Shown: piece by piece, positions 1 through 10,954 of the stretch | How positions within the stretch are numbered: the stretch's first letter is position 1 | Layout of the letters: the number at the start of each line of letters is the position of its first letter | Source of the DNA: an uncultured Rikenellaceae bacterium | Lineage (GTDB): Bacteria > Bacteroidota > Bacteroidia > Bacteroidales > Rikenellaceae | DNA length: 64,000 bases | Direction: 5' to 3' | Assembly: GCA_949287525.1 (NCBI GenBank) | Contig: CASEGL010000006.1 | Coordinates: forward strand, 13,795-77,794 | Notes under the pieces: generated by a model | What the model saw: only the letters and a program-made list of their open reading frames with translations | What the model was told of the DNA's origin: nothing | Database searches by the model: none | Translations under genes and position numbers: made by a program

Positions 1-620
1 CCTGCGCAGGAATCGCCGCGCATACGACGCCATGGAGGGCGGACAGTCGGGGCGCTCGGACATCGAACGGACGATCGCCTCGAGCTGCTCCCCGATCCAG
101 CCGACACGCGCCGCACAACCGTCGAGCAGTTCGATCTGCCACACCGCCACGGCCGACGGAGTGGACGGAGCCGTGAGCCGGTCGAAGCAGCATGCCACCA
201 GGTCGGCCAGCCGGTCGTCGTCCAGAGTCACGACCCGACGGCGCAGCATGTCGCACAACATTTTGGAGAAGATGCGCTGCACGCTGCTGCTGTCCGTTGC
301 CAGCCAGGTACGGAAGAATTCGTCGAAACGCTCCTCCACCGCCTCCGGAGCGCAGACATAGGCGTGTTCCAGCGCCCATGCGGCGCGGAACGCCGCCTTC
401 GGATCCGCCGTCCGTGCCATCCGCAATGCCTCGTCCCACAACGCCCCGCCCACAATCAGCGTCCCCCACAGACACACATTCTCTTTCGACAGATCGCGGC
501 CAGCAGCGCCTCCCGCAGCCGGCTGCCGTCGGATGCCGTTCCGTCCAGACCGGCCGCATGCCGCACCTGCGCCAGCCGCTCGGCCGCCACATGTTCAAAT
601 CGGTATAGTCCTGCCATCAT
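1..620 (-). CDS. hypothetical protein, C-terminus beyond window edge; reading frame appears to change near 455-480
   Basis: One minus-strand frame is open from position 1 up to about 560. It reads ...SKENVCLWGTLIVGGALWDEALRMARTADPKAAFRAAWALEHAYVCAPEAVEERFDEFF...SYARRFLRR, with an ATG at 420. A second frame from ATG 620 (MMAGLYRFEHVAAERLAQVRHAAGL...LREALLAAI) stops at 456-458. Both pieces look protein-like. No family recognised. Confidence 0.35.
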
Positions 621-756
621 ATCGTCGTTGCGCAGGCAAAGATCCGCAATTCGGACGAAACCTCCAAACCGCTTCTCCGCCGCGCGGGAGCGGATTCCGC
701 AGTCGACGCCGGCCTGTTCATGGAAATTGCCCGACAATCCGTACCTTTGCTGCACG

Positions 757-2109
757 ATGAACAGCACGATGAACAGCACCACGACCACCTACTCGCACCG
801 CACCATCTGGACGCTCACCTATCCGGTACTCATCAGCCTGCTGATGGAACACCTAATCGGCATCACCGACACGGCATTCATGGGACGTGTCGGCGAAACC
901 GAACTGGGCGCCTCGGCCATTGCCGGCGTCTACTATCTGATGCTGTACATGATCGGCTTCGGATTCAGCATCGGCGCGGAGATCCTCATCGGCCGCCGCA
1001 ACGGAGCGGGACAATACCGCTCCATCGGAGCCATCTTTTACCAGGGCATCGTCATGCTGCTGGGCATCGCCGCAGCCATCGTCTTCTTCTCCTACACCGT
1101 ATCGCCCGACCTGCTGCGCCGGATCATCGCCTCGACGGAAGTCTACGATGCCACACTCGCCTACACCCGCCTGCGCGTGTGGGGACTCTTCTTCTCGCTG
1201 GTCACCTGCATGTTCCGCGCCTTCTACATGGGAACGACCCGCACCCGTATCCTGACCCTGAACGGCATCGTCATGGTGGCGAGCAACATCGTCCTCAACT
1301 ACCTCTTCATCTTCGGCAAACTGGGACTCCCCGCCATGGGCATCGCCGGAGCGGCACTCGGATCGACCGTCGCCGAAGCCGTCTCGGTACTCTTCTTCGT
1401 GGTCTACACCCGCTGCCGCACCGACTTCCGGCGCTACATCCTCTTCCGCATCTCGCGCCTGTCGCCCCGCATCCAGTCGCAGATCCTGCGCGTGTCGGGC
1501 TGGACGACCCTGCAGTATTTCATTTCGACAGGGACGTGGCTCTTCTTCTTCCTCTCCATCGAACACCTCGGCAAGGAGCCGCTGGCCATATCGAATATCG
1601 TCCGCAACACCTCCTCGTTCTTCTTCATGATCGTCTCGGCCTTCGCCTCCACCGGCACGGCTGTCGTCAGCAACCTGATGGGACAGCAGCGCCCCCAGGA
1701 TGTCATGCCGACCTGCAAACGGATCATGCGCATGTGTACGTGGTTCATCCTGCCGTTTTTCATCTTCGCCATGCTGGCTCCGGAACTCATCATCCGGATC
1801 TTTACCGACGAACACCGGCTGGTGGCAGCCGCCGTTCCCTCGATGCGCGTCATGATGCTGATCTATGCCATCAACATCCCCGCCTTCGTCCTCTTCCTGA
1901 CCGTATCCGGCACCGGCAGCACCCGCGTCGCCTTCTGGATCGAACTCATATCGACCATTCTCTATGTCGGCTACATCTGGCTGGTGGCCATTCACCTGAA
2001 AGCCGATATCGCCGTGTGCTGGCTCAGCGACGCCGTCTATGCCCTGGGGCTGCTCGGCTGTTCGTGGTTCTTCCTGCGGCGGGGCCAATGGTACCGCACC
2101 CGCATCTGA
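757..2109 (+). CDS. MATE family efflux transporter
   Basis: ORF 364-2109. The first sensible ATG at 757 gives MNSTMNSTTTTYSHRTIWTLTYPVLISLLMEHLIGITDTAFMGRVGE..., about 450 aa with the repeated hydrophobic segments typical of MATE/NorM proteins. A perfect TAnnTTTG box (TACCTTTG) lies at 742-749, only 7 nt before the ATG. Confidence 0.85.
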   Translation: MNSTMNSTTTTYSHRTIWTLTYPVLISLLMEHLIGITDTAFMGRVGETELGASAIAGVYYLMLYMIGFGFSIGAEILIGRRNGAGQYRSIGAIFYQGIVMLLGIAAAIVFFSYTVSPDLLRRIIASTEVYDATLAYTRLRVWGLFFSLVTCMFRAFYMGTTRTRILTLNGIVMVASNIVLNYLFIFGKLGLPAMGIAGAALGSTVAEAVSVLFFVVYTRCRTDFRRYILFRISRLSPRIQSQILRVSGWTTLQYFISTGTWLFFFLSIEHLGKEPLAISNIVRNTSSFFFMIVSAFASTGTAVVSNLMGQQRPQDVMPTCKRIMRMCTWFILPFFIFAMLAPELIIRIFTDEHRLVAAAVPSMRVMMLIYAINIPAFVLFLTVSGTGSTRVAFWIELISTILYVGYIWLVAIHLKADIAVCWLSDAVYALGLLGCSWFFLRRGQWYRTRI

Positions 2110-2194
2110 CCGCAGCCGCCCACAAAAAAGAAGGCAACGGCCTCCGCACCGGAGACCATTGCCCTGCAGCTGTCGGCATGCGCCGGACGGACGG

Positions 2195-2617
2195 CTATCG
2201 CGTTGCCGCCTCCGTGCCGTAATGGAACGTCACGTTCTCCTTCAGATCGGGATGCAGCGACTTGCCCACCGGACAGGTCATGGCCGCTCCCTCCAGAATC
2301 CGTTTGTCCTTGTCCGAATAGTTGCCCGGAAGATAGAAATCGAGTTTGATCTCGACAATGCGGCGCGGATCGGTACCCATCACCTTCTGAATATCGACAC
2401 GGGCGCCCTTCAGGTCGATCTCCAGCCGCTGGGCGGCAATGCCCATCAGCGTGAACATGCAGCTGCCCAGCGCTGCGGCCACCATGTCGGTCGGCGAAAT
2501 ATACTCGCCTTTGCCGTGATTGTCGAGCGGTGCGTCCGTCATGACCTTGTTGCCGGACTGCACATGGGTGATCTCGGTACGCAGATCGCCCAGATAAACT
2601 GTCTGAATCGTTGCCAT
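2195..2617 (-). CDS. OsmC/Ohr family protein
   Basis: Starts MATIQTVYLGDLRTEITHVQSGNKVMTDAPLDNHGKGEYISPTDMVAAALGSCMFTLMG...CPVGKSL. The two conserved Cys contexts and the roughly 140-aa size fit the OsmC family. ATG at 2617 (longest ORF reaches 2647). Confidence 0.8.
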   Translation of the reverse strand: MATIQTVYLGDLRTEITHVQSGNKVMTDAPLDNHGKGEYISPTDMVAAALGSCMFTLMGIAAQRLEIDLKGARVDIQKVMGTDPRRIVEIKLDFYLPGNYSDKDKRILEGAAMTCPVGKSLHPDLKENVTFHYGTEAATR

Positions 2618-2668
2618 AGTATGCTCTGTTATTTGGTTTGAATCCATTGTTTCTGTTTTCGGCCGCCA

Positions 2669-5167
2669 TTACCGTTTTATGAAGGCCGCCCGATAGCGCA
2701 TCGCCCCGTTCTGCCGCACGACCAGCATATAGGAGCCAGCCTTGAGATTCGCGACGATCAATTGTCCCGTTCCGTTCGCATCGAACGTCATCCGTTGCGT
2801 CATCACCTCCCGTGCGGCCTGGTCGTACACGACGGCCTCCGCCGACAGACCGGTCATCCCGTCGAGCGACACGAAGAGCATGTCATCGGCCGGATTGGGA
2901 TAGACGCCCGACGGCAATGCCTCCGGTGCCGGTCCGTCCGCGACGGTCACATACAGCGTCGACTGGGCTGTGAGTCCGTCCAGATCCGCAGCCACGACCG
3001 TCACCCGCGATCCGCCCCGGGCCAGCGGCGTCACGACCAGCTCGCTGCCGTCAACGATCTCCGCAGCCACGATCCGCTCGTCGCTGTTCTGGATCGAATA
3101 GGTCAGCACGTCACCCTCCTCGATATTCTCGTCGGTGAAATACTCCGACAGGTCGAACCGCCGGGCATACGTCTCTCCGACATTTTCGCATTCGACCCGA
3201 CCCAGGCTCCGCACCGACTGCGGAGTTTCATTCACGTAGTCGCCCGACGTCGTTCCGAAGGTCACGGGCTGCGACCGGTGGCCGAAACGGTCCACGGCGG
3301 TCACCTCGAACGTATATTCGATGTTGCCCAGGCCATACCACACATAGGAGGCCTCTTGATGCGGGTCAAATTCGTTGTGCCACTGGAAGGCGCCCTCGAT
3401 GTCGGGCTGTCCCGCCCGTTTGCCTACGCTTTTGCCCGTATAGGTGATGTCGTAATAGGAGACGGCCATGCCGTTACCGTCGGCCGGAGCGATCCACCGG
3501 AACGTCAGCCGGTACCGGACAGCCTCGGCCGAAGCCTCGGTAATGGGTTCGGGCTGGCGCCCGCTGTCCGTCGTGAAGATGAGGCCGGCATCAACCAGCC
3601 CCACACCCAGCTTGTCGTAATAACGCTCGCCTATTGCCTCTCCTACCGGACGATAGCTGCGCAGCAGGATCTCCTTGCACTCGTCGGCCGTAAGGATCTG
3701 CCCCTTGCGCGCATAGTGGGAGACGATCAGCGCCGCGACGCCCGACACATGCGGACAGGCCATTGATGTGCCGGACTGATAGGCATAGGTGGGCGATCCA
3801 TCCGTCGAATCGATGTAAGTGCTGTACACCAGGCCTTCCGTCTCGAACGTTTCGTCATCCGCATCGGCGCCGCCCGGAGCGAATATGTCCACATCGTCGC
3901 CGTAATTGGAATAGTTGGCCTTCGAGTAGTTGGGGTTCATGGCTGCGACCGAGATCGTCCGCGGATCGGATGCCGGAAACAGCGATCCCTCACTGCTGCT
4001 GTTGCCCGCCGCAAAGATCACAATGCCGCCCCGCATCGGACCGGTCTGATTGCCGTTCTCGTCGGTTCCCGCATTGGCAATAAAATAATCCAGCGCATCC
4101 GACACATCCTGCGGCATGGTCAGCGTCGCGTAGGCCCAGCTGTTCTGGCTGATGACAGCCCCGTTGTCGGCTGCATAGGCAAAGTTGTCGGGATTGGTGG
4201 CGAACTCACTGGAATACATCTGGTCGGTCACCGGCGTGGTCATGATCCGCACGCCGTCCCGCTGCCCCGTGCCGCCCGCAATGCCGCAGACGCCGATGCC
4301 GTTGTTGTTTACCGCCGAGATCGTACCCGCCACGTGCGTCGCGTGAGCGCCGGGGTGAATCTCGCCGTTATCCAGCGGACCGTTCCATCCGTAGATATCA
4401 TCCACATAGCCGTTGCCGTCGTCATCGACGCCCGGTTCGCCGTACAGCTCGGCTTCGTTCACCCACATGTTGTCGACCAGGTCGGGATGATCGAAATCGA
4501 CGCCGCTGTCATTGATGGCCACGATGACGGAGCGGAGACCCGTCTCGGTTTTCCACGCCTCGAACAGGTTGATGTCGGCTCCTTCGACAAAGTTCTTTCC
4601 GTCGCCGCGGTTGTTGTAGTGCCACTGGCGGGGCAGATCGGGGTCGTTGAAAGGCATCTCGTCCGGACGGGCGGCCACCAGCGACATCGGCACGTAGATC
4701 GCCTCGGCAGGAACGGCCGGATCGTCGTCGAGAATCCGCGCCTTATAGACAGGCTGTACGTGCGCCACACCCGGCAGCGCGGAAAAACCGTCCGCCGCAC
4801 GGGTATAGGGTACCCTCTCGTCGAAGTGGACGTCATACCACAGATGCAGGCCGAAACGGCGGCGGCGTTCGGCAAACTTGCCACCTTCGTGAAACACGCG
4901 GCGCACCTCGGTCGCCCCCAGCGCCTCCGCCAGACTGTCCAATACGGGATCGCCCGAATTCATCGCTCCACGCGTAAAGGCCCCGACGGGCAGCTTGGCA
5001 GCCCCTTCGATGAATTTCAGCCGCACCCAGCCGCTGACAATATCGTTACCGTCCTCAACAACGGCCGTCGGCTTTTCCTCTTCCGACAGCGGCTGGAAAG
5101 GCTCCTCCTTGACGCAGCCGCACAACGCACCGGCCGACAAAACGGGAATCAGCCACTTCAGCCGCAT
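2669..5167 (-). CDS. S8 subtilisin-like serine peptidase, lipoprotein signal plus T9SS C-terminal sorting domain (paralog 1)
   Basis: ATG 5167 gives MRLKWLIPVLSAGALCGC-VKEE. Triad motifs are VAINDSGVDFDHPDL (Asp), HATHVAGTISAVNNNGIGVCG (His) and GTSMACPHVSGVAAL (Ser). Also has a PADGNG FN3-like module, a YFTDENIEEGDVLTY cadherin/Ig-like module, and a C-terminal VYPNPADDMLFV...AAFIKR sorting domain. Confidence 0.9.
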   Translation of the reverse strand: MRLKWLIPVLSAGALCGCVKEEPFQPLSEEEKPTAVVEDGNDIVSGWVRLKFIEGAAKLPVGAFTRGAMNSGDPVLDSLAEALGATEVRRVFHEGGKFAERRRRFGLHLWYDVHFDERVPYTRAADGFSALPGVAHVQPVYKARILDDDPAVPAEAIYVPMSLVAARPDEMPFNDPDLPRQWHYNNRGDGKNFVEGADINLFEAWKTETGLRSVIVAINDSGVDFDHPDLVDNMWVNEAELYGEPGVDDDGNGYVDDIYGWNGPLDNGEIHPGAHATHVAGTISAVNNNGIGVCGIAGGTGQRDGVRIMTTPVTDQMYSSEFATNPDNFAYAADNGAVISQNSWAYATLTMPQDVSDALDYFIANAGTDENGNQTGPMRGGIVIFAAGNSSSEGSLFPASDPRTISVAAMNPNYSKANYSNYGDDVDIFAPGGADADDETFETEGLVYSTYIDSTDGSPTYAYQSGTSMACPHVSGVAALIVSHYARKGQILTADECKEILLRSYRPVGEAIGERYYDKLGVGLVDAGLIFTTDSGRQPEPITEASAEAVRYRLTFRWIAPADGNGMAVSYYDITYTGKSVGKRAGQPDIEGAFQWHNEFDPHQEASYVWYGLGNIEYTFEVTAVDRFGHRSQPVTFGTTSGDYVNETPQSVRSLGRVECENVGETYARRFDLSEYFTDENIEEGDVLTYSIQNSDERIVAAEIVDGSELVVTPLARGGSRVTVVAADLDGLTAQSTLYVTVADGPAPEALPSGVYPNPADDMLFVSLDGMTGLSAEAVVYDQAAREVMTQRMTFDANGTGQLIVANLKAGSYMLVVRQNGAMRYRAAFIKR

Positions 5168-5285
5168 TGCTCGCAACGCACTTCTCTTGATATAATACTC
5201 CATATCCGACTCGCTATTCACAATGCAGGTCTCGATGTATCGGGACCTGCATGACTGTTTTCATATGTCTGACTACGCCTCCACG

Positions 5286-7679
5286 CTATCGCTTGATGAA
5301 CGCGGTACGCACGTGGACATCGTCATAAGCTATCTCCAGGAAATAGCTGCCTGCGCTGAGAGCAGCCACCTGCAACGAACCGTTGCCCTGTGCAATCTCC
5401 ACGCTGGCCGACATCACCTGACGAGCCGCCATATCGTAAACCGTTGCCTCGGCGCTGCCGTTGAAGCCGGTCGAAAGCTTGAAGTTGAGCTGTTCTACGG
5501 CCGGATTGGGATAAACGCTCATAGACAGTTTGCCGTCCTTGTTCACCGTTACCGTGAAAACAAGTTCGGATTTTGCGCCGACCTCATTGGTTGCCGTCAC
5601 CGTAATGGTCGAGGAACCTGATGCTTTCGGAGTCAGCGTCAGCGTCTGGTTGCTGACGGTTACGACCACGACATCGGTCTGCGAACTGGTTGCCGCAAAG
5701 CTCAGCGAACCTTCTCCGGCGGCAAAATAGTCGGTCAGGTTGTAGGTGAGCGTTTTGCTGATCGTCACGTCCTCAATCGGCTTGATAATTTCCGGAGGCA
5801 GCACGCCGCTGGTCAGTTCGACGGGATCGGACAGATTGCCCCAACGGTCCTCTGCGACCACCGTGATCGGCTGGGTCACATCATACCGCGCACGCACCAG
5901 ATACGACACCTGATCGCCCACATCGTACAGGTTTACCAGCGTATTCTCGGTCTCCTCACCCTCATACGGAATGGAAGCGATAAAATTGGCTACCGCCGCA
6001 CCGTTGCCGTCGGCAGGCACGGTCCACGAAAGGGTAATGGCCGTTCCGTCCACAGCGACGGAAGCGCTCTCCTGATCGATGCTGCCCGGTTTCGTTTCCG
6101 GATCGTTCATCAAAGCGGCTGCCGCATCGACCAGACCGCGGCCGATAGCCGACAGATCGGTATTGGACACGAGACCGCCCACCGGACGATAGGCATTCAG
6201 CAGACGCTCCCGGCACTCCTCGACCGTAAAGCCGTCACCGCCGAAGTGCGATACGATCAGACCGGCCACACCCGATACGTGCGGGCAGGCCATCGAAGTT
6301 CCCCACAGATACTGATAACCAGGAACGCCCTCGGACGAATAGGTACTCAGCACCTGCTGCTCGGCAGCCGTCGTAATGGACGATCCGCCCGGAGCGAACA
6401 GGTCGATGGCAGGGCCGTGATTCGAGTAGGATCCCATCTCGTAGTTCGGAATCATGGCCGCAACGGCTACCACCTTGTCGCTGGCAGCCGGCAGCAGCGT
6501 CTGACCGCCCGTATTGCCCGCAGCGAAGATGATGATACCGCCCTTCATGGGACCGGTCTGGTTGCCGTTCTCATCGACACCGGCATTCTCGATGAAATAG
6601 TCGAACGCCGTAGCATACGAACTCGGCAGATTGCCCGTCGTACCCAGCGTCCAGCTGTTCTGCGAAATCACGGCGCCGTTATCCGCCGCATAGGCATACG
6701 AATCGGGGGCATTGCCTACCACCGTTCCGTTCTCCGGATAGATCTGCAGCACCATGATACGAACGCCGTCATCGGGACCCGTACCGCCGGCTACGCCGCA
6801 AACGCCGATGCCGTTGTCGTTGATGGCCGAAATCGTACCCGACGTATGCGTACCGTGCGAGCTGTAATCGATCTTGCCGGAGTTGTTCACAAAGCTCCAT
6901 CCGTGCAGGTCATCGCGGTAACCGTTGTTATCGTCATCCGCATTTTCGCCTCCGGCCGCTTCGGCCTCGTTCACCCAAAAGTGGGCTGCCAGGTCGGGGT
7001 GTTCCAGGTTGGCGCCGTCGTCATGCACCGAAACGATTACGTTCGGCTTTCCGGCCTCCACGGTCCATGCCTCGAATACGTTGATGTCGGCACCGGCAAC
7101 GAAGCCCGTTTTGCCGCCCGCATTGTGATAGTGCCACTGCTGGGGCAGCATCGGGTCGTTGAAAGGCATCTCGGCATCGGCACGGGTGATACCAAACGAC
7201 GGAAGATAGATGGCACCCTCCGGCACAACGACCGCGTCGTCCGTACTGCGGATTTTATAGACAGGTTCGATGCACGACACGAGTTCCTGCAGACCGCTGA
7301 ATTCGTCCGCTGCACGCGATACGGGAGTCTGGTCGTCGAAATGCAGGTCATACCACAAATGCATGCCGTATTTCCGGCGGCGCTCGGCAAATTTGCCGCC
7401 ATCGGCGAACACACGGCGGATTTCGTCCACGCCGAGCGATGCAGCCAGCTGATCGAGTTTTTCATTGCCCGAGGCGATAGCGCCACGGGTGAATGCGCCG
7501 ACCGGCAGCGCCTCTGCATCGTCACGCAGTTTGATTCGGATCCATCCCTTTTCGATCACGTCCTCGCTGTACGTTCCCGAAACGGGGACTTCCGGTTCGG
7601 TCTGCGCGACCTCCTCGCGGACACAGGCCGTCGCTGTCAGCAGACACACGCAGGCCGCCAAATAAGTTGCCCTTTTCAT
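5286..7679 (-). CDS. S8 subtilisin-like serine peptidase, lipoprotein signal plus T9SS CTD (paralog 2)
   Basis: Starts MKRATYLAACVCLLTATAC-VREE. Triad motifs are VSVHDDGANLEHPDL, HGTHTSGTISAINDNGIGVCG and GTSMACPHVSGVAGL. C-terminus is VYPNPAVEQLNFKL...TAFIKR. Confidence 0.9.
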   Translation of the reverse strand: MKRATYLAACVCLLTATACVREEVAQTEPEVPVSGTYSEDVIEKGWIRIKLRDDAEALPVGAFTRGAIASGNEKLDQLAASLGVDEIRRVFADGGKFAERRRKYGMHLWYDLHFDDQTPVSRAADEFSGLQELVSCIEPVYKIRSTDDAVVVPEGAIYLPSFGITRADAEMPFNDPMLPQQWHYHNAGGKTGFVAGADINVFEAWTVEAGKPNVIVSVHDDGANLEHPDLAAHFWVNEAEAAGGENADDDNNGYRDDLHGWSFVNNSGKIDYSSHGTHTSGTISAINDNGIGVCGVAGGTGPDDGVRIMVLQIYPENGTVVGNAPDSYAYAADNGAVISQNSWTLGTTGNLPSSYATAFDYFIENAGVDENGNQTGPMKGGIIIFAAGNTGGQTLLPAASDKVVAVAAMIPNYEMGSYSNHGPAIDLFAPGGSSITTAAEQQVLSTYSSEGVPGYQYLWGTSMACPHVSGVAGLIVSHFGGDGFTVEECRERLLNAYRPVGGLVSNTDLSAIGRGLVDAAAALMNDPETKPGSIDQESASVAVDGTAITLSWTVPADGNGAAVANFIASIPYEGEETENTLVNLYDVGDQVSYLVRARYDVTQPITVVAEDRWGNLSDPVELTSGVLPPEIIKPIEDVTISKTLTYNLTDYFAAGEGSLSFAATSSQTDVVVVTVSNQTLTLTPKASGSSTITVTATNEVGAKSELVFTVTVNKDGKLSMSVYPNPAVEQLNFKLSTGFNGSAEATVYDMAARQVMSASVEIAQGNGSLQVAALSAGSYFLEIAYDDVHVRTAFIKR

Positions 7680-7729
7680 TCAATCGAAATTTATGTTATT
7701 TGTAAAATGACGTAAATACGCTATTCCTG

Positions 7730-7737
7730 CAAATTTA
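7730..7737 (-). promoter_or_regulatory. Bacteroidota -7 box (TAAATTTG) upstream of paralog 2
   Basis: The minus strand reads TGTAAATTTGCAGGAATAGCG about 50 nt upstream of ATG 7679. This matches TAnnTTTG. No clear -33 TTTG. Confidence 0.35.
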
Positions 7738-7996
7738 CATTTCCGTTCGGTTTTTTGAGCCATTCGGAGCGAGAATTTTTACGGAGAGCCGTTTTTCCTC
7801 AACGTATCCCACGCCGACCGCAAGCATCCTGCCGATCGTCTTCATCCCCAGGCCGGCACTGCCATCCGGGAAGAACTCGTTGCCCCGAATCCCATGCCCG
7901 CCTCTCCCCTCACCGGTGTTCGCCCACGACGAAGCGGGGCATCCGAAACATTCGGATGCCCCGCCCGTGCCGTTCGGCAATCGACGTTCCCGTCAA

Positions 7997-10753
7997 CTAC
8001 CGTTTTATGAAACTGGCGGATACCTGTCCTTTCGAGCCTTTCACCACGCAGGTATAGCTGCCCGGACGCAGGTCACCGACATTGAAGGTTGCATTGCCGC
8101 TTCGGAATTCGACAGCTCCCGATTTCACACGACGGGCAGCATTGTCATAGATCGTCACATTCGCGATCTCATCGGCAATGGCGGCGTACGAGATATTGAG
8201 TTCGTCGGCAACGGGATTGGGTGCGATAGTCAGCTGTGCCGCATCACCGGCACCGTTCTTCACGGTCACGGACAGCACCGACTGGACCGTAGCATCGGAC
8301 GAGTCGGTCGCCACAACGGTCAGCGAACCTGCGCCGCGATTCACCGCACGAACCACCAGCTGGTCGCCCGAAATCCTGCCTTCTACGGCATTTCCTTCGG
8401 TAGCAAGAATCCGGTACGTCAATTTGTCTCCCGCCTCAATATCGGCATCGGAGAAATATTCCGACAAGGCAAAGGTCAACTGATCGCCCACGCGCTCCAT
8501 TTCGACCGCGCCCAGTTCTTTCGTCACTTCAGGAGCATGATTCCAATAACCGCTCTCAACGGTAACATCGAACGATACGTCCAAATAGGCGCCTTCCGTA
8601 TCGAGGGCGCGCACGGTTATTATACTCGTGCCGGCCTTCAACGGCAGGATGGTCAATACGCTCTCTGCATCGATCGTTGCCTCGACCACGCTCGGATCGG
8701 ACGAAGTTGCCGTAAAGGACAGGGCGTCGCCATAAGCCACATCCGGATCGCTGAAATAGTTCTCCATCCGGAAACGCTTGATATTATTCTCGCCGGCAGA
8801 CGCTATCGTCAGATCGAGCAGACGGGCCTTCTGAACGGGCGGACGGTTGGTATGTTTCAGGGTCGTACCCTCGAACGACACCTCTTCGCCTTCGTTACCC
8901 CAACGATCCACTGCCTTCATCTTCAGCGCATATGTCGTCAGCTGCACCAGTTCAAATCCGTACTCGTAAGTCTGACCGACATCCTCGGTGTTGATCAGCG
9001 TCATGTCGTGCCACTCACCGGTCACGCCGTCCTTCTTTTCGGCATACTGCAGCAGGTATTTGGTAACGGGCATGCCGTTGCCGTCAGCCGGCACCTTGCA
9101 ATAGATAACCAGACTGTCCGGACGTCCCATGGCACCATATTCCTCCAAAGCAGCAGGAGCCACCTGCGGATTGGACATGTCCGAAACGGCCATACCGGCA
9201 TCCACCAGACCGACACCGATCTGATTGGCATACTGTTCTTCCACCACCGGACTGATCGGACGGACGCTGGCCAGCAGTTTCTCCTTCAGCTGATCGGCCG
9301 TAAAGCCCATACCGCCATATTTCGAAGCGATCAGCGCCGCAATACCCGAAACATGCGGGGTGGCCATCGACGTACCGTTTTTGTAACCATATTTACCGTC
9401 TGCAAAGGTGCTGTAAATACCCAAATTCTGAGGCGAATCCTCTCCTCCGGGAGCCAGGATGCTCACCTTCGGCGAGTAGTTGGAATAACTTGTCTTGGCA
9501 TAATTGGCCGCCATGGCTGCTACCGAAACAACCCTGTCATAATACACCGGATAAGCCAGATCGTTCTTGTTCGAGTTGCCGGCTGCGAAAATCACCACGC
9601 CGCCCTTCACGGGTCCTACCTGAGAAACACCCGCCTCGTCCATGCCGGCCATGTCGATGAAATAATCGAGTCCGTCCAGCAGGTCGGGAGCCACGTCAGG
9701 CGAAGCCACCTCCCAGCTGCACGAAGCGATGACGGCACCGTTATCGGCCGCATAGGCAAACATATCCATATTCGGAATGGCAATATCGTTATTGGCATTC
9801 CACTGCACCGACATGATACGCGCACCGTCACCGGCTCCCGTACCGCCGGCCACACCGCAGACGCCGACTCCGTTATTGTTCACGGCCGCAATGGTACCGG
9901 CCACATGGGTGCCGTGGTCATAATCGACAATGTCCCCTGAATCCGATGCAAAGTTGTAACCGTACACATCGTCCACATAGTCGTTGCCGTCGTCATCAAT
10001 GCCGTTGCCGGGAATTTCACCCGGGTTGATCCACATGTTCGCGGCCAGATCGGGGTGATCGACATCGATACCCGAATCCAGAACGGCTACGATCACCGAC
10101 GGATCGCCGGCTTCCTCTTCCCAGGCGGCATACAGATTGACATCCGCCCCCTCGGCGGTACCCTCGATGGTTCCCGTATTGTAATAATGCCACTGCAGGT
10201 CGAGGTATTCATCATTGAACGGAGGCTCCACAACCGGCCGGACAGCATCGATGGCCGTTGTCATGACGGGCTGATAACGCAGTTCGACAGCCATCTCCGG
10301 CACGATCGACGCCTCGTCGGAAACAAGCCGGTACAACGGGATCGCATACCGCACGCCAGGCAGCGCACGCATGCCGGCTTCGGCACGCGACACCGGCACA
10401 TCCTCGCCCAACTTGATGTCATACCACAGATGCAGGCCGTATTTGCGGCGACGCTCGGCATATTTGCCGCCGTCGCGGAATACGCGCCGAATTTCGGTCG
10501 CCCCCAACTGCTGGGCAATCTCGTCCAGTTTCTCATTGCCCGAATTAACGGCGCCGCGCGTAAAGACACCCGTACGCAAGGCTTCGGCATCATCGGTCAG
10601 TTTGATACGGATCCAACCGGGGACGATGGCATCATCATCCGGTGTCGAAACACTCATGTAGTCGTCATTGGACGGCACAGGGGCTACCGGCTCCTCATGG
10701 GTACACCCCCATGCGGCCGCAACAGCCAGCAATGCTACTAATGTTTTTTTCAT
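7997..10753 (-). CDS. S8 subtilisin-like serine peptidase, lipoprotein signal plus T9SS CTD, two cadherin/Ig-like modules (paralog 3)
   Basis: Starts MKKTLVALLAVAAAWGC-THEE. Triad motifs are VAVLDSGIDVDHPDL, HGTHVAGTIAAVNNNGVGVCG and GTSMATPHVSGIAAL. Two YFSD[PA]D...L[ST][FY] modules. C-terminus is IAPNPVADELNISY...ASFIKR. Confidence 0.9.
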   Translation of the reverse strand: MKKTLVALLAVAAAWGCTHEEPVAPVPSNDDYMSVSTPDDDAIVPGWIRIKLTDDAEALRTGVFTRGAVNSGNEKLDEIAQQLGATEIRRVFRDGGKYAERRRKYGLHLWYDIKLGEDVPVSRAEAGMRALPGVRYAIPLYRLVSDEASIVPEMAVELRYQPVMTTAIDAVRPVVEPPFNDEYLDLQWHYYNTGTIEGTAEGADVNLYAAWEEEAGDPSVIVAVLDSGIDVDHPDLAANMWINPGEIPGNGIDDDGNDYVDDVYGYNFASDSGDIVDYDHGTHVAGTIAAVNNNGVGVCGVAGGTGAGDGARIMSVQWNANNDIAIPNMDMFAYAADNGAVIASCSWEVASPDVAPDLLDGLDYFIDMAGMDEAGVSQVGPVKGGVVIFAAGNSNKNDLAYPVYYDRVVSVAAMAANYAKTSYSNYSPKVSILAPGGEDSPQNLGIYSTFADGKYGYKNGTSMATPHVSGIAALIASKYGGMGFTADQLKEKLLASVRPISPVVEEQYANQIGVGLVDAGMAVSDMSNPQVAPAALEEYGAMGRPDSLVIYCKVPADGNGMPVTKYLLQYAEKKDGVTGEWHDMTLINTEDVGQTYEYGFELVQLTTYALKMKAVDRWGNEGEEVSFEGTTLKHTNRPPVQKARLLDLTIASAGENNIKRFRMENYFSDPDVAYGDALSFTATSSDPSVVEATIDAESVLTILPLKAGTSIITVRALDTEGAYLDVSFDVTVESGYWNHAPEVTKELGAVEMERVGDQLTFALSEYFSDADIEAGDKLTYRILATEGNAVEGRISGDQLVVRAVNRGAGSLTVVATDSSDATVQSVLSVTVKNGAGDAAQLTIAPNPVADELNISYAAIADEIANVTIYDNAARRVKSGAVEFRSGNATFNVGDLRPGSYTCVVKGSKGQVSASFIKR

Positions 10754-10954
10754 ATTCAGGTTTGTTTACAAATTTCTCACGCTGCTGCTCCGCGTCCGAC
10801 CCCCAGAGGCGCAGGAGATCCCCCTCCGAAACGGAGCCGGAAACGCAAACTGGCGATAAAAATAAGCATTATTTTTCATTCGTGCAATCGCCGGAATGCG
10901 AAAGGGTGGCAAGCCGTATCCGACCCGCCGCCCTTTCCGAAACAGGAACACCTG

